A DNA stretch of 64,000 bases from Smithella sp. (GTDB taxonomy: Bacteria > Desulfobacterota > Syntrophia > Syntrophales > Smithellaceae), in the NCBI GenBank assembly GCA_035524255.1, contig DATKPG010000012.1:95163-159162 (forward strand), in the 5' to 3' direction. The notes beneath the pieces are model-generated. The model was not told the DNA's origin. It saw only the letters and a program-made list of their open reading frames with translations, and made no database searches. The translations under genes were made by a program, and so were the position numbers. Every line of letters starts with the position of its first letter. The first letter of the stretch is position 1. Below are positions 54,478 to 63,572 of the stretch, piece by piece.

Positions 54478-55046
54478 AGATTGTTCTGATCGGCTACAGA
54501 GCGACGGGAAAGTCCACGGTAGGCAGGATTCTCGCAGGTATTCTGAAAATTAATTTTTGGGATACCGACGCGATGGTGGAAGAAAGCATGGAAATGCCGA
54601 TCAAAGAAATTGTGGGGCTTTACGGGTGGGATTATTTCCGGGCAAAAGAGCGGGAAGTCATTGAATCTCTGACGCAAAAAGAAGATTGCGTTATCGCCAC
54701 CGGAGGCGGAGTGGTTTTATACAGAGAAAATGTGAATTTGTTAAAACAGAATGTGGATTTATTAAAGCAGTCGGGCGTGATCATATGGCTTAATGCTCCC
54801 CTGCAGGATATTATTGAGAGACTTAAAAAAGACGCTCAGGAGGAGGATACGCGCCCGCAGTTTACTTCCGGGAATATTATTCAGGAAACGATAGATATTA
54901 TGAGAAAAAGGCTTCCGCTCTATGAGAGCGCCGCGGATCATGTCGTGGATACGTTAAAAAAAGGTCCGGAGCAGGTCGCGGAAGAAATTTATCAATATTT
55001 GCGTAAATCGAAAATTTTAGATAAGATTATCAAAAGTGAAAATTAA
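54474..55046 (+). CDS. aroK: Shikimate kinase
   Basis: MKIVLIGYRATGKSTVG (P-loop), D..ME and ATGGG. An ATGA overlap couples it to aroA. Confidence 0.85.
   Translation: MKIVLIGYRATGKSTVGRILAGILKINFWDTDAMVEESMEMPIKEIVGLYGWDYFRAKEREVIESLTQKEDCVIATGGGVVLYRENVNLLKQNVDLLKQSGVIIWLNAPLQDIIERLKKDAQEEDTRPQFTSGNIIQETIDIMRKRLPLYESAADHVVDTLKKGPEQVAEEIYQYLRKSKILDKIIKSEN
54729..54770 (+). repeat. In-frame 21-nt tandem duplication inside aroK
   Basis: AATGTGAATTTGTTAAAACAG (54729-54749) is followed by AATGTGGATTTATTAAAGCAG (54750-54770), matching at 18 of 21 positions. It encodes NVNLLKQ NVDLLKQ. Confidence 0.8.
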
Positions 55047-55201
55047 ACAGGGTCTTTCTCCTTTGTTAAAGGGGAACGAAGGGAAGTTTTCAGTCATTGC
55101 CATTTCATAAAATCTTCCCTGACCCCTCCTTATAAACAGGGGGAAAATGATCCGCCAGCATGGCGAAAAATTCCTTTAGAAATGATTAACAGGAGTAACG
55201 T

Positions 55202-56278
55202 ATGGCCGGCAATACCATTGGCAGTATATTTCGCGTAACCACATGGGGAGAGTCACACGGCAGCGCTTTGGGAGCGGTTGTGGATGGCTGCCCTCCGGGG
55301 CTGGCCCTGAATGAATCGGATATTCAGAAGGCGCTGGACAGGAGAAAACCTTCAACATCGGTTTCTTCGACGACCAGATCAGAGAGTGATAAGGTAAAGA
55401 TTCTTTCCGGTGTTTTTGAAGGAAAGACCACGGGTACGCCTGTTTCGTTGATAATCAATAACGTTGACGCGAAATCTTCTTCTTACGATGAATTAAAGGA
55501 TGTGTTCCGTCCCGGACAGGGAGATTTTACCTATCTGCAAAAGTACGGTATCCGCGACTGGATGGGCGGGGGAAGGGCCTCCGGCAGAGAAACAGCCGCC
55601 CGTGTTGCCGCCGGAGCCATTGCCGCGAAGGTGATCGCCCGCGTGGGCATTGATGTCATCGCCTACACGCAGGCCATCGGCTCAATCGCGATTAACCGCG
55701 ACAAAATGCCGTCGGACAGGAGTTTGAGAAAATTTGTGTATAACAATTCTCTTTTTTGCCCCGATTCACAGGCGGCGGCGGCCATGGACAAAAAGATAGC
55801 GGCAGTCCGTAAAAAGGGGGATTCGCTGGGCGGGGTTGTGGAAATTATTGTCCGCGGCTGTCCTGCCGGTCTTGGCGAACCGGTTTTCGACAAAATGGAC
55901 GCCGATTTAGCCAAAGCTCTGATGAGCATTGGTTCGGTGAAAGCCGTGGAAGTAGGCGATGGTATTTCTCTGGCGGATCTTCAGGGTTCTGTAGCCAATG
56001 ATCAAATGAATAAAAAAGGATTTAAAACAAATCGTGCCGGCGGAATACTCGCGGGCATCACAAGCGGTGAACAAATTTTACTGAGGGCCTATTGCAAACC
56101 TATTCCCTCCATAGCGAAACCGCAGCAGACCATAGATTTAAGCGGAAAAGAACGGATCATTGAAATCCAGGGAAGACACGATATTTGCGTGCTGCCGCGG
56201 ATCGTGCCGGTTTGCGAAGCCATGGTGAGCATTGTTCTGGCGGATCACTTACTTCGACAAAAGGCGATATGCGGATGA
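55202..56278 (+). CDS. aroC: Chorismate synthase
   Basis: Motifs GNTIGSIFRVTTWGESHG, GGGRASGRETA and RHDICV.PR. Confidence 0.95.
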   Translation: MAGNTIGSIFRVTTWGESHGSALGAVVDGCPPGLALNESDIQKALDRRKPSTSVSSTTRSESDKVKILSGVFEGKTTGTPVSLIINNVDAKSSSYDELKDVFRPGQGDFTYLQKYGIRDWMGGGRASGRETAARVAAGAIAAKVIARVGIDVIAYTQAIGSIAINRDKMPSDRSLRKFVYNNSLFCPDSQAAAAMDKKIAAVRKKGDSLGGVVEIIVRGCPAGLGEPVFDKMDADLAKALMSIGSVKAVEVGDGISLADLQGSVANDQMNKKGFKTNRAGGILAGITSGEQILLRAYCKPIPSIAKPQQTIDLSGKERIIEIQGRHDICVLPRIVPVCEAMVSIVLADHLLRQKAICG

Positions 56279-57063
56279 AAAAAATTAAAGTGGGCATCAT
56301 CGGCGGAACGAAAGGCATGGGGCATTGGTTTGCCCGTTTGCTCAAAAATGAAGGTTGCACCGTCTTTGTCAGCGGAAGAAAAACAGCGCTGGGAATAAAC
56401 GATTTAGCGAAACGCTGTAATGTCATCGTTGTGGCCGTTCCCATTTCCGCCACCGCTGATGTCATCAGGCAGGTCGGCCCGATGCTTGCCAAAGACGCGC
56501 TTTTGATGGATCTGACCTCCCTGAAAGAAGAACCGGTAAAACTGATGCTTAATCATTCCACGGCGGATGTTATCGGATGCCATCCTCTTTTTGGGCCCCA
56601 GTTAAAAGACGTATCCGGGCAGAATGTTATTTTATGTCCGGCGCGGGGTAAAAAGTGGCTTGGCTGGCTTAAAGGAGTGTTTAAAAGAAATAAACTGGTT
56701 GTTCTGGAATCAACACCCCGCAAACATGATAAAATGATGGCAATCGTTCAAGCGCTTAATCATCTCAATACAGTGACCATGGGAATGGCGCTTGCCCGGA
56801 CCAACATCACCCTCGCGGAAATCAACAAATACTCCACGCCGATTTTCCGGACAAAACTTGATATCATCAGAAAAGTTTTTGCGGAAAGTCCGGAACTTTA
56901 TGTTGATATCATCACAAAAAATCCGCGAACGGGCAAAATGCTGGATATCTACGAAAAAACGCTCAAAGATATCCGCGGGAAAATTAAATCCGGTAAAAGA
57001 GAAAATTCCAGAGATGCTCTGGATAAGGCGGCAAAGAAATTATATGGAAACAAAAATCAATAA
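56275..57063 (+). CDS. tyrA: Prephenate dehydrogenase
   Basis: The start MKKIKVGIIGGTKGMGHWFARLL gives a Rossmann fold, followed by HPLFGP. An ATGA overlap couples it to aroC. The longer ORF in the track (56185) lies inside aroC. Confidence 0.85.
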   Translation: MKKIKVGIIGGTKGMGHWFARLLKNEGCTVFVSGRKTALGINDLAKRCNVIVVAVPISATADVIRQVGPMLAKDALLMDLTSLKEEPVKLMLNHSTADVIGCHPLFGPQLKDVSGQNVILCPARGKKWLGWLKGVFKRNKLVVLESTPRKHDKMMAIVQALNHLNTVTMGMALARTNITLAEINKYSTPIFRTKLDIIRKVFAESPELYVDIITKNPRTGKMLDIYEKTLKDIRGKIKSGKRENSRDALDKAAKKLYGNKNQ

Positions 57064-57814
57064 AGTCGCGGAAATGATCGTGGCAGCGAAACGTTTGGTG
57101 GTCTTCACCGGAGCCGGTATCAGCACGGAATCGGGCATACCGGATTTCCGGGGTCCGGACGGACTGTGGACTAAAGTTGATCCTGAAGATTTTACGATAG
57201 ACAGATTTCTGCGTTCCGGCGAGACACGCAAAAAAGTCTGGTACTATCTTGTGGAAGGCGGATTGATGACCAATGCCGAACCCAACCGGGCTCATCTGGC
57301 GATAGCCGAACTGGAAAAAATGAACAAATTAAGTTCGGTGATCACGCAGAACATCGACAACCTTCATCAGCGGGCGGGTAATAATCCGGAGAAAGTCCAC
57401 GAATTGCACGGCAATATGCAATGGCTGGTTTGTCTCGATTGCGGCGCGCGCTATGATTTGGAACTGATGAGAAAAAAACATCCGTCACCTGATCATTTCC
57501 CCGTGTGTGAAAAATGCCGGGGCATCCTGAAGCCGGATGTTGTTTTTTTTGGTGAAATGCTTCCGCCGCGCACCTTAATGATGGCGGAGCGGGAATCTCA
57601 GGAATGCGATTTGTTTATGGTGATTGGTTCTTCGCTTGTAGTTTATCCCGCCGCTTATATGCCGCTCTATGCCAAGCGATCAGGAGCGAATATTGTCATT
57701 ATTAATATGGGAGACACAGGTCATGATGATATCGCCGATGTGTTTATAGACGCTCCGGCGGGCGATACCATGACGAAGATTATGCAAAGGCTGAAATCAA
57801 TCATTAAAAGTTAG
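57044..57814 (+). CDS. cobB: NAD-dependent protein deacylase (sirtuin, CobB type)
   Basis: Motifs GAGISTESGIPDFRG and TQNIDNLHQRAG, catalytic His in ELHGN, and Zn ribbon CLDCG...CEKCRG. The start METKINK at 57044 overlaps the tyrA 3' end by 20 nt. Confidence 0.85.
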   Translation: METKINKVAEMIVAAKRLVVFTGAGISTESGIPDFRGPDGLWTKVDPEDFTIDRFLRSGETRKKVWYYLVEGGLMTNAEPNRAHLAIAELEKMNKLSSVITQNIDNLHQRAGNNPEKVHELHGNMQWLVCLDCGARYDLELMRKKHPSPDHFPVCEKCRGILKPDVVFFGEMLPPRTLMMAERESQECDLFMVIGSSLVVYPAAYMPLYAKRSGANIVIINMGDTGHDDIADVFIDAPAGDTMTKIMQRLKSIIKS

Positions 57815-57829
57815 GGATAGAATTTTTTT

Positions 57830-57856
57830 ATATCCCTCTTTTTTAAAGAGGGATAT
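57830..57856 (+). terminator. 12-bp perfect hairpin after cobB (possible terminator)
   Basis: ATATCCCTCTTT-TTT-AAAGAGGGATAT forms the hairpin. The downstream U-tract is poor (GAUUAUUUAU), so efficiency is uncertain. Confidence 0.4.
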
Positions 57857-57913
57857 GATTATTTATAATCCGCCCTCTTTAGAAACCAGGGGTATAAATT
57901 AAAGGAATGGTGT

Positions 57914-58687
57914 GTGTGCCTGATAGCCTTCGCGTATAATGTGCATCCTTTTTACAGATTGATTCTGGCGGCGAACCGTGATGAATTCTACGAGAGGCCG
58001 TCGGCTTCTGCTGATTTCTGGAAAGATTATCCCCGGGTACTTGCCGGACGCGATCTAAAAAGCAAAGGCACATGGCTGGGCGTAACCCGGTATGGAAAAT
58101 TTGCCGCTGTGACCAATTATCGTGATCCTTCCACCTATAGAAGCGATGCTTTGTCGCGGGGCATGCTTGTCCGCCGCTACCTGACAGGCCATCAAAAACC
58201 CGATAATTATCTGAAAAAAATTGCCTCGCAGATTGATAAATATAATGGTTTTAATTTACTTTTAGGCGATGATGACGATCTTTTTGTCTTTTCCAATCGG
58301 GGGGAGAAGCAAAAACTCAAAGCCGGGATATACGGATTGAGCAATCATTTTTTGAATTCACTCTGGCCGAAGGTGATAAGAAGCAGGAATTTGCTCAAAG
58401 CTTCGGTTAATAAAAAAGGAGATGATTTGGAAGAAGCATTGTTTTCCATACTGTCTGATCGTCATCTGCCGCCGGATAAAAACCTGCCTGATACCGGCAT
58501 AGGTCCGGAATGGGAAAGGCTGCTGTCCCCTATCTTCATCAAAAGCCCGGTTTACGGAACCCGCTCTTCGACCATTCTTCTTATCGGAAAAAATAAACGC
58601 GTCAGGTTTGTGGAAAAAATTTTTGACGGACAAAAGGAGCCGTGGATAACCAGCCGCTTTTCCTTTAAACTGGAAAAAGGAGGATAA
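57914..58687 (+). CDS. NRDE-family (TANGO2-like) protein
   Basis: N-terminus MCLIAFA with the family-defining LAANRDEFYERP motif. GTG start. Confidence 0.8.
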   Translation: MCLIAFAYNVHPFYRLILAANRDEFYERPSASADFWKDYPRVLAGRDLKSKGTWLGVTRYGKFAAVTNYRDPSTYRSDALSRGMLVRRYLTGHQKPDNYLKKIASQIDKYNGFNLLLGDDDDLFVFSNRGEKQKLKAGIYGLSNHFLNSLWPKVIRSRNLLKASVNKKGDDLEEALFSILSDRHLPPDKNLPDTGIGPEWERLLSPIFIKSPVYGTRSSTILLIGKNKRVRFVEKIFDGQKEPWITSRFSFKLEKGG

Positions 58688-58688
58688 A

Positions 58689-59432
58689 ATGAAAGTCGTT
58701 TATCATGAAGATTACAACGAAGTTTATTCAAACGATCCGGCATCCGAGGCTGGCCGTATTCAGGCTGTGGAAATCGCGCTGCGCGGTAAAGTGATATTTG
58801 TAGAACCGGTTACGGCTTCACAGGAAGATATTCTCAGAGTGCATACTCCCGATCATGTAAAATCGGTCGAGCGGGAGGGCGTATACGAAATTGCCGCGCT
58901 AGCCGCAGGAGGTGCGATTAAAGCGGCGCAAATCGGACTAACCGAGCCTTGTTTTGCGCTGATCCGCCCCCCCGGTCATCATGCTTCAGCGGGCAATGCC
59001 TGGGGATTTTGTTATTTTAACAATATGTCCATCGCTTTGGAAAAACTCAAAAGCGAAGGAAAAATTAAAAAAGTGTTTATTCTGGATTTTGATCTGCATT
59101 ATGGAGACGGCAACGTTAATATTCTGGGCAACAAAGGATATGTGACGATCTTAAATCCCGCAGGGCAGAACCGCAACGAATATTTAAAAATTGTGCAGGA
59201 TGGCCTGGCACAAACAGACGCTGATATGATTGCCGTATCCGCCGGTTTTGACAATCACGAAGATGATTGGGGCGGGCTTTTAAAAACCGAAGACTACCGA
59301 TACATGGGAAGACTGGTTCGCGAAACCGCGCGTCGCAATAACGGCGGTTGTTTTGGTATTTTAGAAGGCGGCTATAATCACAGTGTTTTGGGTAAAAATG
59401 TTCTGGCCTTTGTTCAAGGGATGGAAGAATAA
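58689..59432 (+). CDS. Compact histone-deacetylase-family Zn amidohydrolase
   Basis: Motifs RPPGHHA, DFDLHYGDG, SAGFDNHEDD and EGGYN. Only 247 aa. Confidence 0.85.
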   Translation: MKVVYHEDYNEVYSNDPASEAGRIQAVEIALRGKVIFVEPVTASQEDILRVHTPDHVKSVEREGVYEIAALAAGGAIKAAQIGLTEPCFALIRPPGHHASAGNAWGFCYFNNMSIALEKLKSEGKIKKVFILDFDLHYGDGNVNILGNKGYVTILNPAGQNRNEYLKIVQDGLAQTDADMIAVSAGFDNHEDDWGGLLKTEDYRYMGRLVRETARRNNGGCFGILEGGYNHSVLGKNVLAFVQGMEE

Positions 59433-59470
59433 TAAACCTTCCGGGATTTTATATTTCAAATAGCGGCGTA

Positions 59471-60853
59471 TCACTTGCCAATGCAAAAGCTGGAAAAAAT
59501 CTTATCCAATACTTCATCGTTGATTTTTTTGCCGGTTATTTCATCCAGATGATCAAGAGCCTCGCGTAAATCGAAAGCCGCGAATTCGGCGGACAGTCCC
59601 TGTTCAATACTTTCTTTCGCGGTTTGAATATTTTTATAAGATTTTTCCAATGCCAGTTTGTGGCGCATATTAGTAACCATCACACTGCCGGCATTCAAAA
59701 TCCGGCCGCTTCCGGACAGGTCTATGACAGCGTTTTTCAACTCTTCCATTCCGGCGCCTGACTTGGCCGAGATTTTATGAATTTTCACGCCTTGCGGAAA
59801 CCATTGTCCGATAGTTTCTGTTTCCCAGGCCTGCGGTAAATCAATTTTATTGATTGCCGCGATCACATGTCCTGCCTCATTTTTATCAATAATTATTTTA
59901 TCTTCATCCGTTAATGGTCTGCTGACATCGAGCATTACAATTGCAACGTCGGCCCGGGCAAGCGTTTCCCATGCCAGATTGATTCCTTCTTTTTCGATCA
60001 GGTTCTGGGGTTCTCTGATTCCGGCGGTATCCGTCAGATTGACGGGAATGCCGCCGATATGGATTGTCTCTGTGATTAAATCGCGTGTTGTTCCCGGAAT
60101 ATCGGTGACAATTGCTTTTTTTCTTCCTGCCAGTGCGTTAAGCAGGCTTGATTTTCCGACATTGGGTTTGCCTGTGATGATAACATTAACGCCTTCGGTA
60201 TAGGCTTTAGCCTTGCTATATGTCGACAGGAGAGACTGCAGGTGTTTAAGCGCCGGATCAATTTGCGGCGGCATTTTGGGGATTCTTTCGTTAGATGTAT
60301 CTTCGGTAAAATCGATCGCGGCCTCCAGCATGGCAAGCGCGTCGATCAGATGCGAGCGCAGGTTTTCTATTTCTTTGCTTAAAGACCCTTTTAACTGGTT
60401 AAGACCCATGGCGTAAGCTTTTTGAGACCTGGCACAAACCATTGCGGCGAGCGCTTCCGCCTGCGACAAATCAATGCGGTTATTTAAGAAAGCGCGCTGG
60501 GAAAATTCGCCGGGACGGGCCAGGCGGCAGCCCAGATCCTGCAGTTGTTTAAGAATAGACTCGATGATGAGCGGATTTCCATGACAGTTGATTTCTACAA
60601 TGTCTTCTCCCGTGAAAGAGTGTGGTTCACGCATGAAGGATATTAAAACCTCATCGAGAATGGTTTTGCCGTCAGCGGAAACAATATCTCCGTGATACAA
60701 ATGATGGCTTTCCCAGGAACAATGGTTACAGGATGGCTGAAAGATGCGGCGGGCGATTCCAAGAGCTTCAGGACCGCTTATACGAATTACCGCGATTCCG
60801 GACATGCCGAAAGGAGTCGCCAAAGCTGTTATGGTGTCTAGGCGATTCACCAT
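59471..60853 (-). CDS. mnmE: tRNA modification GTPase MnmE
   Basis: G1 motif GKPNVGKSSLLNAL, DTAGIR, and the C-terminal CIGK. Confidence 0.95.
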   Translation of the reverse strand: MVNRLDTITALATPFGMSGIAVIRISGPEALGIARRIFQPSCNHCSWESHHLYHGDIVSADGKTILDEVLISFMREPHSFTGEDIVEINCHGNPLIIESILKQLQDLGCRLARPGEFSQRAFLNNRIDLSQAEALAAMVCARSQKAYAMGLNQLKGSLSKEIENLRSHLIDALAMLEAAIDFTEDTSNERIPKMPPQIDPALKHLQSLLSTYSKAKAYTEGVNVIITGKPNVGKSSLLNALAGRKKAIVTDIPGTTRDLITETIHIGGIPVNLTDTAGIREPQNLIEKEGINLAWETLARADVAIVMLDVSRPLTDEDKIIIDKNEAGHVIAAINKIDLPQAWETETIGQWFPQGVKIHKISAKSGAGMEELKNAVIDLSGSGRILNAGSVMVTNMRHKLALEKSYKNIQTAKESIEQGLSAEFAAFDLREALDHLDEITGKKINDEVLDKIFSSFCIGK

Positions 60854-60896
60854 AAGACACTTCCTTTTTAAATTAAAATGTCAAATTGATTAAAAA

Positions 60897-61838
60897 CTAT
60901 TCCTGTCTTTTCGCACGGATACGCTTGTTGTTTCCTGTTCTCGCGGGAAGAATGACAACTTTTCTGTATTTGCCTTCGCCGCGGCTTTGCGTTGTCAGCG
61001 ATTCATCTTCCTGGAGCACCATATGGATAATGCGGCGGTCATGGGCGTTCATGTGGGCAAGTGATACGGGTTTTTTTGTCTTTTTTACTTTTTCTCTTAT
61101 TTTTTCCGCCAATCCCAGCAGAAATTCCTCTCTTTTTTTTCTGTATTCTCCCAGATCAATCAGGATCATTTTATGATCATTATCAATTTTATTGATCGCT
61201 TTGTTCAATATATACTGAAGGGCATCAAGATTTTGTCCGCGTTTGCCGATCAGCAAGCCGCTGTCATCACCTTCAATGCCAAGAATTATCTTCTCCTGTG
61301 TTTCATGAACGACCACCCTGTATTCCGGTGATATTCTCTGTAAAATACCTTCAAGCAGGTCTCTGGCTTTTGTTCCCATCATGGACACGGGAACTGGTTC
61401 GGCCAGGGGAACCGCAGTAACGGCGGGAATAACTGGTTTTGCCGCAGATTCTGCTACAGGCTCCGCAGGCTTTTTAGGCTTCTGGACAGACTCTGTCACA
61501 GGTTCCGTACGCTTTTTAGGTTTCTCCGCCGGCTCCACGCGCTTTTTGGACTTTTCCGCGGGAACCTCTTTTTCGGGATTCTTTTTCAAATCCGTTTTTA
61601 TCATTAGGTCGCTTTTAGGCTCAGGCTTATCCGTGAAGCTGAAATCCATATCCAGAGAAAGCAGCGACGCTCTTATTTTTGCTTTTTTGGAAAATAAACC
61701 CAAAAAACCGCCGGATTCTCCGGAGATAATTTCGATATTTAATTTTTCACGGGTCACGCCAAATTCCAGGCAGGCTTTTTCGATGGCTTCGTCAATGGTT
61801 TTTTCTTCTATCTCTAATGTCTTCGAACTCATTTCCAA
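60897..61838 (-). CDS. jag: Jag/SpoIIIJ-associated RNA-binding protein (Jag_N, KH, R3H) with a Lys/Pro/Glu repeat linker
   Basis: Jag_N block TIDEAIEKACLEFGV and R3H block HDRRIIHMVLQEDESLTTQSRGEG. The linker is AEKSKKRVEPAEKPKKRTEPVTESVQKPKKPAEPVAESAAKP. Confidence 0.85.
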   Translation of the reverse strand: MEMSSKTLEIEEKTIDEAIEKACLEFGVTREKLNIEIISGESGGFLGLFSKKAKIRASLLSLDMDFSFTDKPEPKSDLMIKTDLKKNPEKEVPAEKSKKRVEPAEKPKKRTEPVTESVQKPKKPAEPVAESAAKPVIPAVTAVPLAEPVPVSMMGTKARDLLEGILQRISPEYRVVVHETQEKIILGIEGDDSGLLIGKRGQNLDALQYILNKAINKIDNDHKMILIDLGEYRKKREEFLLGLAEKIREKVKKTKKPVSLAHMNAHDRRIIHMVLQEDESLTTQSRGEGKYRKVVILPARTGNNKRIRAKRQE

Positions 61839-61857
61839 TCCTCATGCAACATATCAA

Positions 61858-63555
61858 TCAGGCTAATTTTTTATTGATGTAAAATTGCTGACCGATACTT
61901 AAAATATTGTTTAATAACCAGTAAATGACCAGCCCTGAAGGGAAATTCAGGAAGATGAAAGTAAATACCACGGGCATCAGCAGCATCATTTTGGCCTGCA
62001 TGGGATCGCCCACGGCCGGGGTCATTTTCTGTTGAATAAATTGCGTGGCACCCATAATAATCGGCGTAATATAATAAGGATCCTTGGCTGACAGATCCTG
62101 AATCCACCAGAAAAACGGCGAGTGGCGAAGTTCGATGGCGTAAAGCAGGGTATTGTACAGGCCGATAAAAACGGGAATTTGAATGAGTATCGGCAAACAA
62201 CCGCTGAGAGGATTCACTTTATGCTCGCGGTAAAGAGCCATGGTTTCCTGCCCGAGCTTCGCCTGGTCATTTTTATATTTCTCTTTTAAGGCAACGACCT
62301 TGGGTTGAATTTTCTGCATTTCCTTCATGGATTTATAACTTATGTTCCCCAGAGGCCAGAAGACAATCTTAATCAGGATTGTCAGTATAATGATGGCAAT
62401 TCCGTAATTGCCGACGTACTGGTACAGAAATTTGATAAAAATCAGCAAGCCGATGGAAAGCCATTTCAATCCCGGTATCCGTGAATCGAATTCAACAGCT
62501 TCCTGCAGTGACAGGCCCTGTTTCTTAAGAAGTGTGTAATCCTTGGGGCCGATAAATAGATTATATTTAATCGAACCGGACTGTTTAGGCGGTATGACGC
62601 TTTTTGTTTCCTTAAGGTTGATGGAAACCACGTTGCCGCTGTCTTTGGACATGTTGATCGTGGTCAGGGAAGGATCTTGAGGAATAATTACAGCCATAAA
62701 ATATTTCCTCTCAAATCCGCCCCAGGAGACGTCGGGACCCATACTCAAATCAGTTGATATATCAGAAACTTTTTTACGCGTGATGGAATTGGAGACATAG
62801 GCGACAGGCCCTTCTTTACTGTACTTATCCACTTGCTGCTTCGGATCTACATATTCATACCAGTTTAGTTGCGGAGTCTGGGCAAGAGGTGCATCTGTCA
62901 GGTTTGATACTTTTACATCCAGCGCGATTGAATAATTTCCCGGATTAAACGTGAAAATCTTTTCTATCCTGATTTTACCGTTAAAAGTCCGGGAAAATAC
63001 CAGACGCTGGTCTTTTTTATCTTTTGTGATGTCCAGTTTTGTCGTGTCGGCGTCGTAAATGGAATTGGCGGTAATCTCGGCTGCTAATTCAGGGAAAGTA
63101 ATTGCCAGCGGATAAGGCGTGTTTTCATTCACCGCTACAAGCTCTATTAAATCATCGCTCCTATCCTTTGCCGGTTGCTTGGCGCCGAATATTAAATTTT
63201 TTATTTCAGGCCAAATATCTTTCGCGCATTTTGTGCATTCCTTCCGGTACCCTTTTAGCTGAAACGATTTCAGCGCGGCGCCTCTGGTGGAAAACACAGC
63301 CGTGTAATTTTCCGCATCTACCGTGATATCTTTTGGCGGTTCTTCTTTTTTAACAATGATCTGTTTAGCTGCGTACTTTTGCGCCGTCTCAACCGGCAGG
63401 GGCGCGGATTGTTTTACCGCCGTGTCCGTGCTTGCCTGTTTTGATTCCAGAACGGGCGCGACCTTTGGCGGATGCACAGGTGGTCTGAAAAAATACTCAT
63501 ATGTAAAAAGTACAGCCAGTGACAGGACGACAGCCAGAATGGTCCTTTTATCCAT
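61858..63555 (-). CDS. yidC: Membrane protein insertase YidC
   Basis: 565 aa. It has an N-terminal transmembrane helix, a large periplasmic domain, and a conserved C-terminal core (GCLPILIQIPVFIGLY, PSGLVIYW). Confidence 0.95.
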   Translation of the reverse strand: MDKRTILAVVLSLAVLFTYEYFFRPPVHPPKVAPVLESKQASTDTAVKQSAPLPVETAQKYAAKQIIVKKEEPPKDITVDAENYTAVFSTRGAALKSFQLKGYRKECTKCAKDIWPEIKNLIFGAKQPAKDRSDDLIELVAVNENTPYPLAITFPELAAEITANSIYDADTTKLDITKDKKDQRLVFSRTFNGKIRIEKIFTFNPGNYSIALDVKVSNLTDAPLAQTPQLNWYEYVDPKQQVDKYSKEGPVAYVSNSITRKKVSDISTDLSMGPDVSWGGFERKYFMAVIIPQDPSLTTINMSKDSGNVVSINLKETKSVIPPKQSGSIKYNLFIGPKDYTLLKKQGLSLQEAVEFDSRIPGLKWLSIGLLIFIKFLYQYVGNYGIAIIILTILIKIVFWPLGNISYKSMKEMQKIQPKVVALKEKYKNDQAKLGQETMALYREHKVNPLSGCLPILIQIPVFIGLYNTLLYAIELRHSPFFWWIQDLSAKDPYYITPIIMGATQFIQQKMTPAVGDPMQAKMMLLMPVVFTFIFLNFPSGLVIYWLLNNILSIGQQFYINKKLA

Positions 63556-63572
63556 TGAAAACCTCTCTATTT

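Noticed and set aside
57044-57814. The Sir2-domain protein as an anti-phage NADase effector (Thoeris, DSR or SIR2-HerA type).
   Set aside because: It has the full CobB-type sirtuin core with a Zn ribbon and catalytic His, and a normal size. It has no sensor, TIR, HerA or pAgo partner, and it is translationally coupled to tyrA. It looks like a housekeeping deacylase.
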